DNA of 64,000 nt from Spirochaetia bacterium (GTDB taxonomy: Bacteria > Spirochaetota > Spirochaetia > UBA9216): assembly GCA_965140585.1 (NCBI GenBank), contig OZ223264.1:832001-896000 (forward strand), written 5' to 3'. Positions 40,306-49,828 of the stretch are shown one piece after another; the stretch's first letter is position 1; each line of letters opens with the position of its first letter. Made by a program: the position numbers and the translations under genes. Below the pieces are notes generated by a model that was given only the letters and a program-made list of their open reading frames with translations, was not told where the DNA came from and ran no database searches.

Positions 40306-40956
40306 ATGAATATTTATTCGATTGAAAGTGATGAATTTGCCGTTTATGGTGAAATCCTTGAAGGCATAGACACAAGTGAGTTGTGTTTGGTGATGAAGGA
40401 AATAAAAATGCCTGATAGGGGAGTATTATATCGCCCCGAGGTGAATGAGCTTGAATCCTGCGCAGTTTTCAATGATTTTCGTGATCTTTTTTTTGGGGGG
40501 CTTGAAATCCAAATTGGTATGTGCTGGGGCTATAATTCAGTATTGAATTGTCTGGAATATCATCGCAGCAGTGAGATCATTGTAGGTTCCGATGATTTTA
40601 TTCTCCTGCTTGCAAGACGTGATGAGCTGGCAGCTAATTCACTGAATACCTCCAAAGTAAAAGGATTCCTGGTTCCTTCAGGTTCTGCTGTTGAGCTGTA
40701 CTCTTCTACCCTCCATTATGCGCCCTGTCATTCTGTTGCTATGCAAGGATTCAGGACTGCTGTTATCCTTCCAAAAGGAACGAATACTGTGCAGCCGTCT
40801 TTCAGCCCTGATAGTATCGGTCAATTCCATCCGTCTGCCATAAATAAGTGGGTGCTGGCACATCCGGAATCTCCGGAGGCTTCTGGTGGTGCAATAATTG
40901 GTCTTTTAGGAAAAAATATTGATATTGGATGCAATAGTCTTGTATATGTGGAATAG
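40306..40956 (+). CDS. DUF4867 family (cupin/ureidoglycolate-lyase-like) protein
   Basis: QIGMCWGYN..LNCLEYHRSSE, TLHYAPC, LPKGTN, NKWVLAHPE. Confidence 0.82.
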   Translation: MNIYSIESDEFAVYGEILEGIDTSELCLVMKEIKMPDRGVLYRPEVNELESCAVFNDFRDLFFGGLEIQIGMCWGYNSVLNCLEYHRSSEIIVGSDDFILLLARRDELAANSLNTSKVKGFLVPSGSAVELYSSTLHYAPCHSVAMQGFRTAVILPKGTNTVQPSFSPDSIGQFHPSAINKWVLAHPESPEASGGAIIGLLGKNIDIGCNSLVYVE

Positions 40957-41077
40957 GCATTCCGTATAATGAAGGTGAAATTGCATTTTTATGTTTCTTT
41001 TTTCAAAAATGTAATAAATATACTCTCAAAAAACGAAATGGGCATTGTAAAAAGTAAAGAGTTGTGTTTAAATTATC

Positions 41078-42033
41078 TAAATAGGAATGGCCATTTCGAA
41101 ATACTAAGGAGTGAATATCGTGACAAAGAAAAAGCCAGAAGGCATTTTTATCCCAATGGTGACTCCATTCAATGCATCTGATGAATCAATAGATTTTTCA
41201 GGTCTGAAGGAAGTGACTGAGTTTCTTGTAAAAAACGGAGTCGACGGGGTAATCCCCTCCGGAAGTACCGGCGAGTTTGTCGCAATGACAAAAGAAGAGC
41301 AGATGAAGGTCAATGCAGCGGTATGTGAATATGCAGCCGGAAGGATGAAGGTGTTCTGTTCAACAGGCGCTTACCGGACTGCTGATACAATTGAAATGTC
41401 ACAGAGTGCAGAAGCTGCCGGAGCGGATGGAGTAATGATAGTAACACCATGGTACATGGCGCCTAACGAGGAAGAGCTTTATGACCACTACAAAGCGATC
41501 AGGAAATCGATATCGATACCGGTAATGGTCTATCATAATCCGTACTATTCAACCTGTCTGATGACAGACGAGTTTATGGCCCGACTTTATAACGACGGAT
41601 TGATTGATGCAGTGAAGGAAAGACAGGCTGATGTCTACAGACAGCAGGATCTGAGAGCCTTGACCGATGACGGCTTCGGCATATTTTACGGATATGACAT
41701 CTGTCCGGTAGAGAGTGTTTCGATGTGGGCCGACGGCTGGGTATGCGGAACAGGAAACCTGTTTCCGAAAGAAAACAAGACTGTCTATGATCTTGCAAAG
41801 TCAAGGCAGATAGAAGAAGCCCAGAAATATCATTTTGAGAAAATTAGGCCGTATCTTCCCCTGTTTACTGAAAGTACATCAAAGGGACTGCCTTGTCCGT
41901 GGTTATCAGTGATAAAGGAAGGCCTTAAGCTTAGGGGCGTTAATGCGGGAGTTGCAAGGAAACCTGTAATGGAGCTTCCGGATGACGTGATGGTTAAACT
42001 GAAAAAAGTTTTAAAGGAATACGGGCATCTTTA
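41078..42033 (+). repeat. 956-bp direct repeat, copy 2
   Basis: Appears identical to 34659-35614, offset 6419 bp. Confidence 0.95.
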
Positions 42034-42034
42034 A
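41111..42034 (+). CDS. DapA/NAL-family class I aldolase/lyase, copy 2
   Basis: Protein identical to 34692-35615; stop TAA instead of TAG. Confidence 0.9.
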   Translation: MNIVTKKKPEGIFIPMVTPFNASDESIDFSGLKEVTEFLVKNGVDGVIPSGSTGEFVAMTKEEQMKVNAAVCEYAAGRMKVFCSTGAYRTADTIEMSQSAEAAGADGVMIVTPWYMAPNEEELYDHYKAIRKSISIPVMVYHNPYYSTCLMTDEFMARLYNDGLIDAVKERQADVYRQQDLRALTDDGFGIFYGYDICPVESVSMWADGWVCGTGNLFPKENKTVYDLAKSRQIEEAQKYHFEKIRPYLPLFTESTSKGLPCPWLSVIKEGLKLRGVNAGVARKPVMELPDDVMVKLKKVLKEYGHL

Positions 42035-42047
42035 TGTTTTAAATACG

Positions 42048-42088
42048 GAGTGGGAAAGGTTCGGACAGACTGAACCTCTCACTTTTTC
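42048..42088 (+). terminator. Probable terminator after DapA copy 2
   Basis: AGTGGGAAAGGTTCGG / CTGAACCTCTCACT imperfect stem followed by a T run. Confidence 0.5.
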
Positions 42089-42187
42089 TAATTCTGATTA
42101 AAACTGTTAATATACTGTTGGTTATTGACTAGCTATGTTAATATGAATTAGAAATAGAAAAGGGTATTTCATATTTATTATGTATAA

Positions 42188-42973
42188 ATGGAGGATTCAT
42201 TTTTGGAAGAGAAATCAAAAGAAAATGTCAAAGCATTGGAAAAGGCTCTTATTATTTTGGAAATGATAAAGGAATCAAAAATTCCTCTGGGAGTAAATGA
42301 AATATCCAGACAATGCAAGATAAATCTGACGACAGCTTTCAGGATCCTTCAAACATTTAAAAGTAAGGGGTGGGTCTATCAGAATTCAGAAGATAAGTAC
42401 ATTATCGGGATGAAAGTTTCATTTGTTACTGATAGAAACAATTTCTACCTTGCTCTTAAAGAAATAGCATATTACACAATGGCAAGATTAAGTGCAAAAG
42501 TATCTCAAGCCATGAATTTGATAGTGAGAGAGAATGAAAAGTGCTTTATTCTGCAGCAGTCCCGGACGGATAAAATTGTAGATTATGTTCCTCCTATAGG
42601 TACAGTTCTTCCTATCTATGCCAGTGCCGGCGGAAAAGTACTGCTGGCTGAACTTCCGGAAATGCTTCTTGAAGAGATTCTGGATATGCTTGATTTTAAA
42701 CCGCTTACGAAATACACAATTATCAGGCGATCAGTTTTTCTTGAAGAGCTTCAGAAAGTTAAAACACTTGGCTATGCAATTGATGAGCATGAATCCCAGG
42801 AGGAAGGGTTTTGTCTTGCTGTTCCGGTAAGAAACCGGGAGAATGAAATAATAGCAGCTTTATCTTTTTCCGGATTTATTGGAACCTTGAATGAAACAGA
42901 AATAAAGGATTGCTATTTAACTCTTAAAGAAGCTTCCGAAGAGATAACAGGAAATCTTTACAAGTACCAGTAA
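42188..42973 (+). CDS. IclR family transcriptional regulator
   Basis: VKALEKALIILE HTH; PIYASAGGKVLLA, GYAIDEHE, CLAVPV. Confidence 0.93.
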   Translation: MEDSFLEEKSKENVKALEKALIILEMIKESKIPLGVNEISRQCKINLTTAFRILQTFKSKGWVYQNSEDKYIIGMKVSFVTDRNNFYLALKEIAYYTMARLSAKVSQAMNLIVRENEKCFILQQSRTDKIVDYVPPIGTVLPIYASAGGKVLLAELPEMLLEEILDMLDFKPLTKYTIIRRSVFLEELQKVKTLGYAIDEHESQEEGFCLAVPVRNRENEIIAALSFSGFIGTLNETEIKDCYLTLKEASEEITGNLYKYQ

Positions 42974-43072
42974 TTTAAAACCGGTGTATTCATTTTGCTT
43001 CAGTCAGAAGCTTCTGCATACCAGTCCACTTAAAACAATCAGCCCCTTCTGTTATAGTAGGAGAGGTTTTTT

Positions 43073-43993
43073 ATGAGATACACAGTAATAGGCACCGGAG
43101 CAATAGGCTCCTACTACGGCGGACGCTTACAGCAGTCCGGATTAATGGTTAATTACCTGGCCAGAAGTGACTATGAACATCTTAAGAGTTCAGGCATGGT
43201 CATTGAGTCAATAAACGGTGATTTTAAATTAGAAGATATAGCAGCTTTTAAGAAGGCTGAAGATATTCCTGAAACCGACGTTGTCCTGGTTTCTTTGAAA
43301 ACAACAGCAAATTCAAAGCTTCCTGATCTGATAAGGCCGCTGGTACACCGCGGTACAGTTATTCTTGTGCTTCAAAATGGTCTTGATATGGAAGAGGAGC
43401 TTCGGACGGCCTTTCCAGAGGCCAGGGTTATGGGCGGAATGTGTTTTATATGTTCATTCAGGAAGGCTCCTGGGCATATTATGCATGTTGATAAGGGCTC
43501 AATACTGGCTGCACCTCTGGATCCTGCTGACCTGCCGATTCTGAAACAGATTGAGACTGATTTTATTGCAGCCGGAATTGAGTTTAAAAGCAGTGAAGAT
43601 CTGAGAACCTCCCGATGGAGTAAACTGCTTTGGAATATTCCGTTTAACGGGCTTTCCGTTATTCTGAATGCCACTACAAGCGATATTCTTTCCAGCCGTC
43701 AGGGCGAAACAATAGTTAGAAAGCTAATGTCGGAGGTTGTTCAGGGTGCCAGGGCTGACGGCTGCAGTTTGAATGAAAGCCAGATTGAGCCGATGATTGA
43801 TTTTACAAGGGTAATGACTCCGTATAAGCCGAGTATGAAACTTGATTTTGAATCAGGGAGACCGATGGAAATTGATTACATGTTCCGGAAACCGCTTAAG
43901 GCTGCAGAAAAAAAAGGTATTGAGCTGCCGTCTATTACAATGATTGCGGATCAGCTTGAAATTCTGGAAGGGCTAAATAATCAAGATTGCTGA
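43073..43993 (+). CDS. panE: 2-dehydropantoate 2-reductase family protein
   Basis: GTGAIG, LQNGL, WSKLLWNIPFN, PSMKLD..GRPME. Confidence 0.85.
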   Translation: MRYTVIGTGAIGSYYGGRLQQSGLMVNYLARSDYEHLKSSGMVIESINGDFKLEDIAAFKKAEDIPETDVVLVSLKTTANSKLPDLIRPLVHRGTVILVLQNGLDMEEELRTAFPEARVMGGMCFICSFRKAPGHIMHVDKGSILAAPLDPADLPILKQIETDFIAAGIEFKSSEDLRTSRWSKLLWNIPFNGLSVILNATTSDILSSRQGETIVRKLMSEVVQGARADGCSLNESQIEPMIDFTRVMTPYKPSMKLDFESGRPMEIDYMFRKPLKAAEKKGIELPSITMIADQLEILEGLNNQDC

Positions 43994-44134
43994 CCTTCGG
44001 TTTAAGCAGTGAAATAGCAGCGATGGTGAGTGAAAAGAGCAGTCCCGCACCCTTTGTTAAATGGGAAGGCGGAAAGCGGCAGCTGTATAAAGAGCTACCT
44101 TAATTTTTTTTACGATATAGAGTACTATTTCACG

Positions 44135-44977
44135 GTGACATATAAAAGAAACAGACTTGTTGCTCCGGTTGTGAAATGGGTCGGTGGAAAACGTCAGTTA
44201 ATTTCAGAAATTTCTAAGTATTACCCAAAATTCTCTGGAACATATTTCGAACCATTTTTAGGTGGTGCGGCTGTTTTATTCCATTTCCAGCCAAAAGTAG
44301 CTATCGTTAATGATAATAATGCAGAATTAGTGAACTTATACAATGTAATAAAGAATAATCCGGAACTCTTGATATCGGATCTGAAGAAGCACATCAATGA
44401 TAAAGAGTATTTTTATGAGATTAGATCACTTGATCGGGATAAAGAAAAGTATGGTCGGCTGACCCCAATTGAGAGAGCCTCCAGAATATTATTCCTTAAT
44501 AAAACATGTTATAACGGTCTTTTTCGGGTAAATAGTTCAGGTGAGTTTAATACGCCTTTTGGAAGATATAAAAATCCGAATATCGTAAATGAAATAACCA
44601 TTAATGCTGTTAGTAGATATTTCAATAGTGTGGAAATCTCTATTCTAAATGTAGATTTTGAAAATGCGGTTAAGAATGCAAAAAAAGGGGATTTTGTATA
44701 TTTTGATCCACCATACGACCCCATTTCTGATAGTTCAAATTTCACTGGTTACACAAAAATTGGATTTGATAGAGCAGAACAACTAAGGTTGAAATACCTG
44801 TGTGATGACTTAAAAAAAAGAGATGTGAAATTTTTGTTATCCAATTCAGCCACAGATTTTATATGGGAACTTTATAAAGACTATAGTAGAACGAAGATAA
44901 CTGCTACACGTGCTATCAATTCAAAAGCTGAAGGCAGAGGTGTTGTTGAAGAGGTTCTTGTGAAAAATTATGACTAA
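44135..44977 (+). CDS. dam: Dam/DpnM-family DNA adenine methyltransferase
   Basis: KWVGGK, EPFLGGAA, LNKTCYNGLFRVN..FNTPFG, DPPY, LSNS; start placed at GTG 44135. Confidence 0.92.
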   Translation: MTYKRNRLVAPVVKWVGGKRQLISEISKYYPKFSGTYFEPFLGGAAVLFHFQPKVAIVNDNNAELVNLYNVIKNNPELLISDLKKHINDKEYFYEIRSLDRDKEKYGRLTPIERASRILFLNKTCYNGLFRVNSSGEFNTPFGRYKNPNIVNEITINAVSRYFNSVEISILNVDFENAVKNAKKGDFVYFDPPYDPISDSSNFTGYTKIGFDRAEQLRLKYLCDDLKKRDVKFLLSNSATDFIWELYKDYSRTKITATRAINSKAEGRGVVEEVLVKNYD

Positions 44978-45199
44978 TGAATTATCTAAAAATGATTAGG
45001 TGTGGATTAAGATTTTCGATAAATACAGTATAAATAAAAGATTTAAAGAAGATGGACACTATTTTATTTCAGCTGATCAGATAAATCAGTATAGGGAAGC
45101 ACGCTTGATGACAAAATTTGATCATTATAGAAACCTTCCAAATCTTTTAAAAGAGTAAAAAGTTAATATTTTACCGATTTCAAGAGGTTTTTATATAAT
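44970..45199 (+). pseudogene. Dead Dam-associated gene (putative type II restriction endonuclease), truncated by IS5
   Basis: Overlaps dam stop; MTNELSKND*VWIKIFDKY..ISADQINQYREARLMTKFDH..LP..*..ILPISRGFYII with two in-frame stops. Confidence 0.65.
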
Positions 45200-46391
45200 A
45201 GGCGCTTCTAAAAACTAAAGGAAATTCAATGAATTCAAAAATCTGATATGCTTTTACTTTTGGATGAATAAATGTCAAAGCAGAAAGGTTTTTTCATAGA
45301 AGATTTAAAGCTATCAGAATTATCACAGCACGGAGATCCCTTGCAGAGATTGAGTGCAATGATTCCATGGGAAAACTTTCGGCATAAATTAAATCGTATC
45401 TTTGTAAAAGAAGCAAAAGGCCCTGGAGGAATACCTCCATACGATTATGTGATGATGTTTAAAATCCTCGTATTACAGAGAATTTATAATCTATCCGATT
45501 CGCAAATGCAGTACCAGATCATGGATCGATTATCATTTATGAGATTTCTTGGTTTGAATCTTGATGACAAAGTACCCGATGAAAAAACAATCTGGCACTT
45601 TAGAGAAGAACTTGTTGAATCAAGGAAACTTGAAATACTATTTGAACAGTTCAGGAATTATCTGATAAAAGAAGGAATACTGCTTGAGTCGGGGACAATT
45701 GTCGATGCTTCTTTTGTTGAAGTACCAAAACAAAGAAATAATAAAGACGAAAATAAAGAGATAAAAGAGGGCGAAACTCCTAAAGAGTGGTCAGACAATA
45801 AATTAAGACAAAAAGATGTGGATGCAAGATGGGTAACAAAAGGCGGGCAACGCCATTATGGCTACAAAAATCACATAAAAATTTATCGTAAATCCAAGCT
45901 TATTAACAATTATGTAGTAACCAGTGCTGCAGTTCATGACTCGCAAGTAATAGAAGAAATTTTAGAAGAATCTGATTCGCATCATGAATTATATGCTGAT
46001 AGTGCTTATAGCGGAGCTCCAATAAAAGAAATATTGTCGGAATTGAAAATCAGGAACCGGATACATGAAAAAGGCTATCGAAATAGCCCGTTAACTAAGA
46101 AACAAAAAGAGCGGAATCGAAAAAAGTCGAAGACGCGGGCGAGAGTAGAACATGTATATGGATTTATGGTTAATTCGATGCAAGGTGATTTTATCAGGTA
46201 CATAGGTCAGAAAAGAGCTGAAGCAGTGATAGGATTAAGTAACCTTGTTTATAATATGATGAGGTATATCCAGATATGTTCTGCATGAGCTGGGTAGATT
46301 GATGGATGAGGAATGTATCGACATGCCGGTACAATGATAAAAAAGCTGATGATGTTTAATACAGCATAGCTGAAGGTTTTTAGAGGCGCCC
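45200..46391 (+). mobile_element. IS5-family element, copy 2
   Basis: IRs AGGCGCTTCTAAAAAC / GTTTTTAGAGGCGCCC; flanks do not match (no target duplication). Confidence 0.9.
45272..46288 (+). CDS. IS5-family DDE transposase
   Basis: About 8 aa differences from 25620-26636. Confidence 0.95.
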   Translation: MSKQKGFFIEDLKLSELSQHGDPLQRLSAMIPWENFRHKLNRIFVKEAKGPGGIPPYDYVMMFKILVLQRIYNLSDSQMQYQIMDRLSFMRFLGLNLDDKVPDEKTIWHFREELVESRKLEILFEQFRNYLIKEGILLESGTIVDASFVEVPKQRNNKDENKEIKEGETPKEWSDNKLRQKDVDARWVTKGGQRHYGYKNHIKIYRKSKLINNYVVTSAAVHDSQVIEEILEESDSHHELYADSAYSGAPIKEILSELKIRNRIHEKGYRNSPLTKKQKERNRKKSKTRARVEHVYGFMVNSMQGDFIRYIGQKRAEAVIGLSNLVYNMMRYIQICSA

Positions 46392-46821
46392 TTAAGAAAA
46401 AGCCAATTCTTTATGAATTCAACAACCACTATTACAGAGCCAGCTGATCTAATATGGAAAACTTGCGTCATTCCCATAGGCGAGGTATATCCTCATCTTG
46501 ATGAAATCCAAAATATTTCATTTTTGACTTAGAAAAAGCTGATTATCAGATATCAACACCGGTCCAAAACTGTAGGAAGCACCATAAAGAGGCTTCATGA
46601 TCGAGCTAATTTAACTTTCGCATATTAAATTGTCAGTAAGGGATGCCAAAGATATTAAATGTATTAATGTGCACAAAGTACATTTCTTGCACAGGATAAT
46701 GTGCGCTTCTTATAAAGCTTAAAAAGCAGATACAGTTTTTTATTCTGAATAATTAAAAAGCGTGTTAGGCTAATTACGGTTTTAAATTTTGTTGGATAAA
46801 TATAAAACAGGAGCAAGAATA

Positions 46822-49728
46822 GTGAATATATGGGCGCGTGAATCTTTATTTTTAAAAGGCTGTGACGGCTGCAGGCTGGCAGTAGATATATATAAACCAC
46901 TGTCAGGGCATGGTCTGAAACAACTGCCTGTAATTCTTCACACCGGATACAATCCCCGACGAAGCGCATATAAAAAATTCAGTGTATTCATTGATAAGTT
47001 GATATCGGAAGGATACATTGTTGTGATTGCAGAACCGAGGGGCGTAGGTGCATCTTTCGGACGTCACGACGGGTTCTGGAGCCGGAAAGATGCCAGAGAT
47101 ATGAAGTGCATAATTGATCAGATTGGGAAGATGCCTTGGTGTAACGGCCGAGTTGGAATGTTCGGCAGTTCGAATTGCGGGATGATCCAACTGCTGACGG
47201 CGGCAGAAAAACCAGAGCATCTTAAAGCGATAATTCCATGTGATAATAATTCTGATTTTTATTACCAGAATTTCCCTAACGGGGCCTCTGCATTACCATA
47301 CCTTCCAGAGACTCATAAAGATGCTTCTTCTGAAGTTGTGCCCGTGGATGAAGATAGTGCACCGGATTTTCCTCTGGCAAAAAGCGTGCAAAACGCACAT
47401 CTTAACAACGGAAGGTTTCTGAGTCAGTATGAACCGAATATGTTTCGGGATTCTTTCAATCAGGTTCTTGGGTATGCCCCTAACCAGGAAGTGCCTGCAT
47501 GGGAGAGAGTGGAGAACATAAAATATTCCGATATCAGAGTTTATTCTAACGCATCCTGGTTTGACTCAAGCTGTACCGGTGGGGTTATCGGATATAAAGC
47601 CTACGGCGATAAATTATTAATAGGTCCATGGACTCATAGTCAAATGCACACAGGTGTATCTGCACTGGATAACGGAACCCATGACTGGATGAGTGATCAT
47701 CTAAGGTTTTTCGACGCCTGTTTAAAGGGTGAGGAGAACTCTGTCTTTAACGAACCGCCTGTGCGTTATTATATGTGTAATGGCAAGTCCGGTAATGAGT
47801 GGCGGTGGTCGGCCGATTTCCCTCTGGATAATCAGGTTCTTACTGACCTTTACCTGTCAAGTCCATCCGAATCAGATGTTTCTTCCGATGGAACTGCATA
47901 TCTGACAAGTCAGATGCCGAGGTCGGGTAAGCTTGAGTACAAAGTTGAAAAATCGGTGAATTTCTTCAACGAAACCGGAAAGATGAATAGAAGAATTGAG
48001 AGTGATCTGTCATCTCTGGACAGCCGGACTCTTGTTTTTACTTCAGAGCCGTTATCTCGCGACATTGAATTGATGGGGCTACCGTCTGTAAGTCTATGGG
48101 TAACATCTACATATGAAGACGGAAATTTTATTGCGGTTTTGGAAGAAGTTAATGAAAACGGTGAATCCCGTTACCTGACAGACGGTGCAGGCAGAGCTTC
48201 ACACTCGAAAATTACCCCGCACAGTGTATGGAATTCTTTAGGTCTGGCCTATCACTCCAGTCTGGAAAAAGATGCTGTAAAGCTTTCATCCGAGACACCG
48301 TTGAACCTCGTTTTCAATCTGGATGCTTTGTCGTCCTGTGTGAATGCTGGGTATCGATTGCGGTTAAGGATTATGTGTGCCGAGGAGGCAATGTACCAGC
48401 AGCCGAATGGGTTTCCTGCCCCCCCCCCTACAATCACCCTCTATACAGGTTCTGAGACGGCATCTTTTTTAAGGCTTCCTGTCATAAAGCCTGATTTGAA
48501 CGAATTTAGCGACGGAGAGATTTCGGTATATACCTTTAAAAGGGGTGTTTATTTTAATAAAGCCGGAAATTGGACTTACCATAAAAACGTTCAGGTTTAT
48601 TCTAAGGATGATGAAATCCGTTATGTGACGGAAGCCTTCACCGCTATTAAGAAAACAAATGGAAATACAGTGCAGCTTGGAATTGAAACGCCGGAATTCA
48701 TTTTCAAAGCCTCCGGAAACCTTCCAGAAACGGGATATCTCTCCGAGAATTCTATGGAATTGAAGTTGTTAAAACCGGATAGTTCATTCGGAAAGAATAA
48801 ATCTTCTATAGAACCGGATTTCAAGAATATCTATCTTGCTACTGTTCCGGTAAAGGCCGGGCAAAAGGGCATGCCTAATATTCAGCCCTTCTCTACTTTG
48901 GATCTTTTTATTGATGTTGCATTGCCGGATACCGGAATGGAGAAGTATCCATGTATTGTTAATATTCACGGATATAGTGGTAGTCATCATGATTTTGGTT
49001 ATCTGGCTGAACCGCTTTTAAAAAGCGGGTATGCCATTGCTTCAATTGACTACAGGGTTTATCCACCAAATATCTGGCCTGCACCGATGCATGATGTAAA
49101 GGCTGCTATTAGATTCTTAAAGGCCAATTCGAAGAAATACAAGCTCGATCCGGAACGTTTCGGGGTAATGGGCGGTTCGGCCGGCGGCCATCTGTCTGCA
49201 ATTGTGGCGGCGACAAACGGTAAGCCAGAATTTGAAGGAGACATTGCTGGCAACAATGATTTTACAAGCACCGTAAAGGCTGCGGCAATATATTTCCCAT
49301 GGACTGATATCTTCAGTTTTGGAGATGATCAGAGCATAAAATACTCAGGAAATTCTGAGAAGGTAATGATGGCAGACGGGCCTTATTCGCCGCTTGGTGC
49401 AATGGTGGGGTATTCCGGACCAGGAAAAGGGATGGGAAAATTAAAAAAACATCTTCATGATGAAAGCCCATTTTATAAAACCCTGATTGCTAAATCGATT
49501 GAAGCAAGTCCTGTCTCTCATGTTGATGAAAACAGCGCGCCATCCGTGTTTGTTCACGGGATTTTTGAAGGCGGGGTTGAAATACCTATGCAGCAGAGTA
49601 TTCGCATGTTTGAACGGCTTACGGAGAAGGGTGTGAAATCACTTCTGCTTTGTAACAATAATTGTTTCTACGGTGAAGATCCGGAAGTCCGGATGGCAGT
49701 GCTGGAATTTATAAAGCTCAGAGTCTGA
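46822..49728 (+). CDS. CocE/NonD (S15) hydrolase fused to a C-terminal BD-FAE/HSL-like esterase domain
   Basis: RGVGASFG, WCNGRVGMFGSS, WFD, GPWTH, PepX_C region; then IHG, IDYR, HDVKAAIRFL, GGSAGGHL; start at GTG after GGAG. Confidence 0.88.
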   Translation: MNIWARESLFLKGCDGCRLAVDIYKPLSGHGLKQLPVILHTGYNPRRSAYKKFSVFIDKLISEGYIVVIAEPRGVGASFGRHDGFWSRKDARDMKCIIDQIGKMPWCNGRVGMFGSSNCGMIQLLTAAEKPEHLKAIIPCDNNSDFYYQNFPNGASALPYLPETHKDASSEVVPVDEDSAPDFPLAKSVQNAHLNNGRFLSQYEPNMFRDSFNQVLGYAPNQEVPAWERVENIKYSDIRVYSNASWFDSSCTGGVIGYKAYGDKLLIGPWTHSQMHTGVSALDNGTHDWMSDHLRFFDACLKGEENSVFNEPPVRYYMCNGKSGNEWRWSADFPLDNQVLTDLYLSSPSESDVSSDGTAYLTSQMPRSGKLEYKVEKSVNFFNETGKMNRRIESDLSSLDSRTLVFTSEPLSRDIELMGLPSVSLWVTSTYEDGNFIAVLEEVNENGESRYLTDGAGRASHSKITPHSVWNSLGLAYHSSLEKDAVKLSSETPLNLVFNLDALSSCVNAGYRLRLRIMCAEEAMYQQPNGFPAPPPTITLYTGSETASFLRLPVIKPDLNEFSDGEISVYTFKRGVYFNKAGNWTYHKNVQVYSKDDEIRYVTEAFTAIKKTNGNTVQLGIETPEFIFKASGNLPETGYLSENSMELKLLKPDSSFGKNKSSIEPDFKNIYLATVPVKAGQKGMPNIQPFSTLDLFIDVALPDTGMEKYPCIVNIHGYSGSHHDFGYLAEPLLKSGYAIASIDYRVYPPNIWPAPMHDVKAAIRFLKANSKKYKLDPERFGVMGGSAGGHLSAIVAATNGKPEFEGDIAGNNDFTSTVKAAAIYFPWTDIFSFGDDQSIKYSGNSEKVMMADGPYSPLGAMVGYSGPGKGMGKLKKHLHDESPFYKTLIAKSIEASPVSHVDENSAPSVFVHGIFEGGVEIPMQQSIRMFERLTEKGVKSLLLCNNNCFYGEDPEVRMAVLEFIKLRV

Positions 49729-49828
49729 GAATGAGAAATTGTAAAGAATATCAATTCTACTCCCGCATGCGGATGAGTATAGAGTTTTTATATACAGGAA
49801 ATATTAAAAGAATTTGGAGGAATAATTA

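Noticed and set aside
40487-40500. T8-G6 tract in DUF4867 as a phase-variation site
   Set aside because: Short runs encoding Phe-Phe-Gly-Gly with the frame intact; no further support
25549-46391. Two direct IS5 copies as a 21-kb composite transposon
   Set aside because: Copy 1 has its own TTA duplication on both sides and the copies' ends differ, so independent insertions explain the layout better
46392-46788. Possible gene remnant or continuation of the nuclease after IS5 copy 2
   Set aside because: Hand translation gave nothing recognisable
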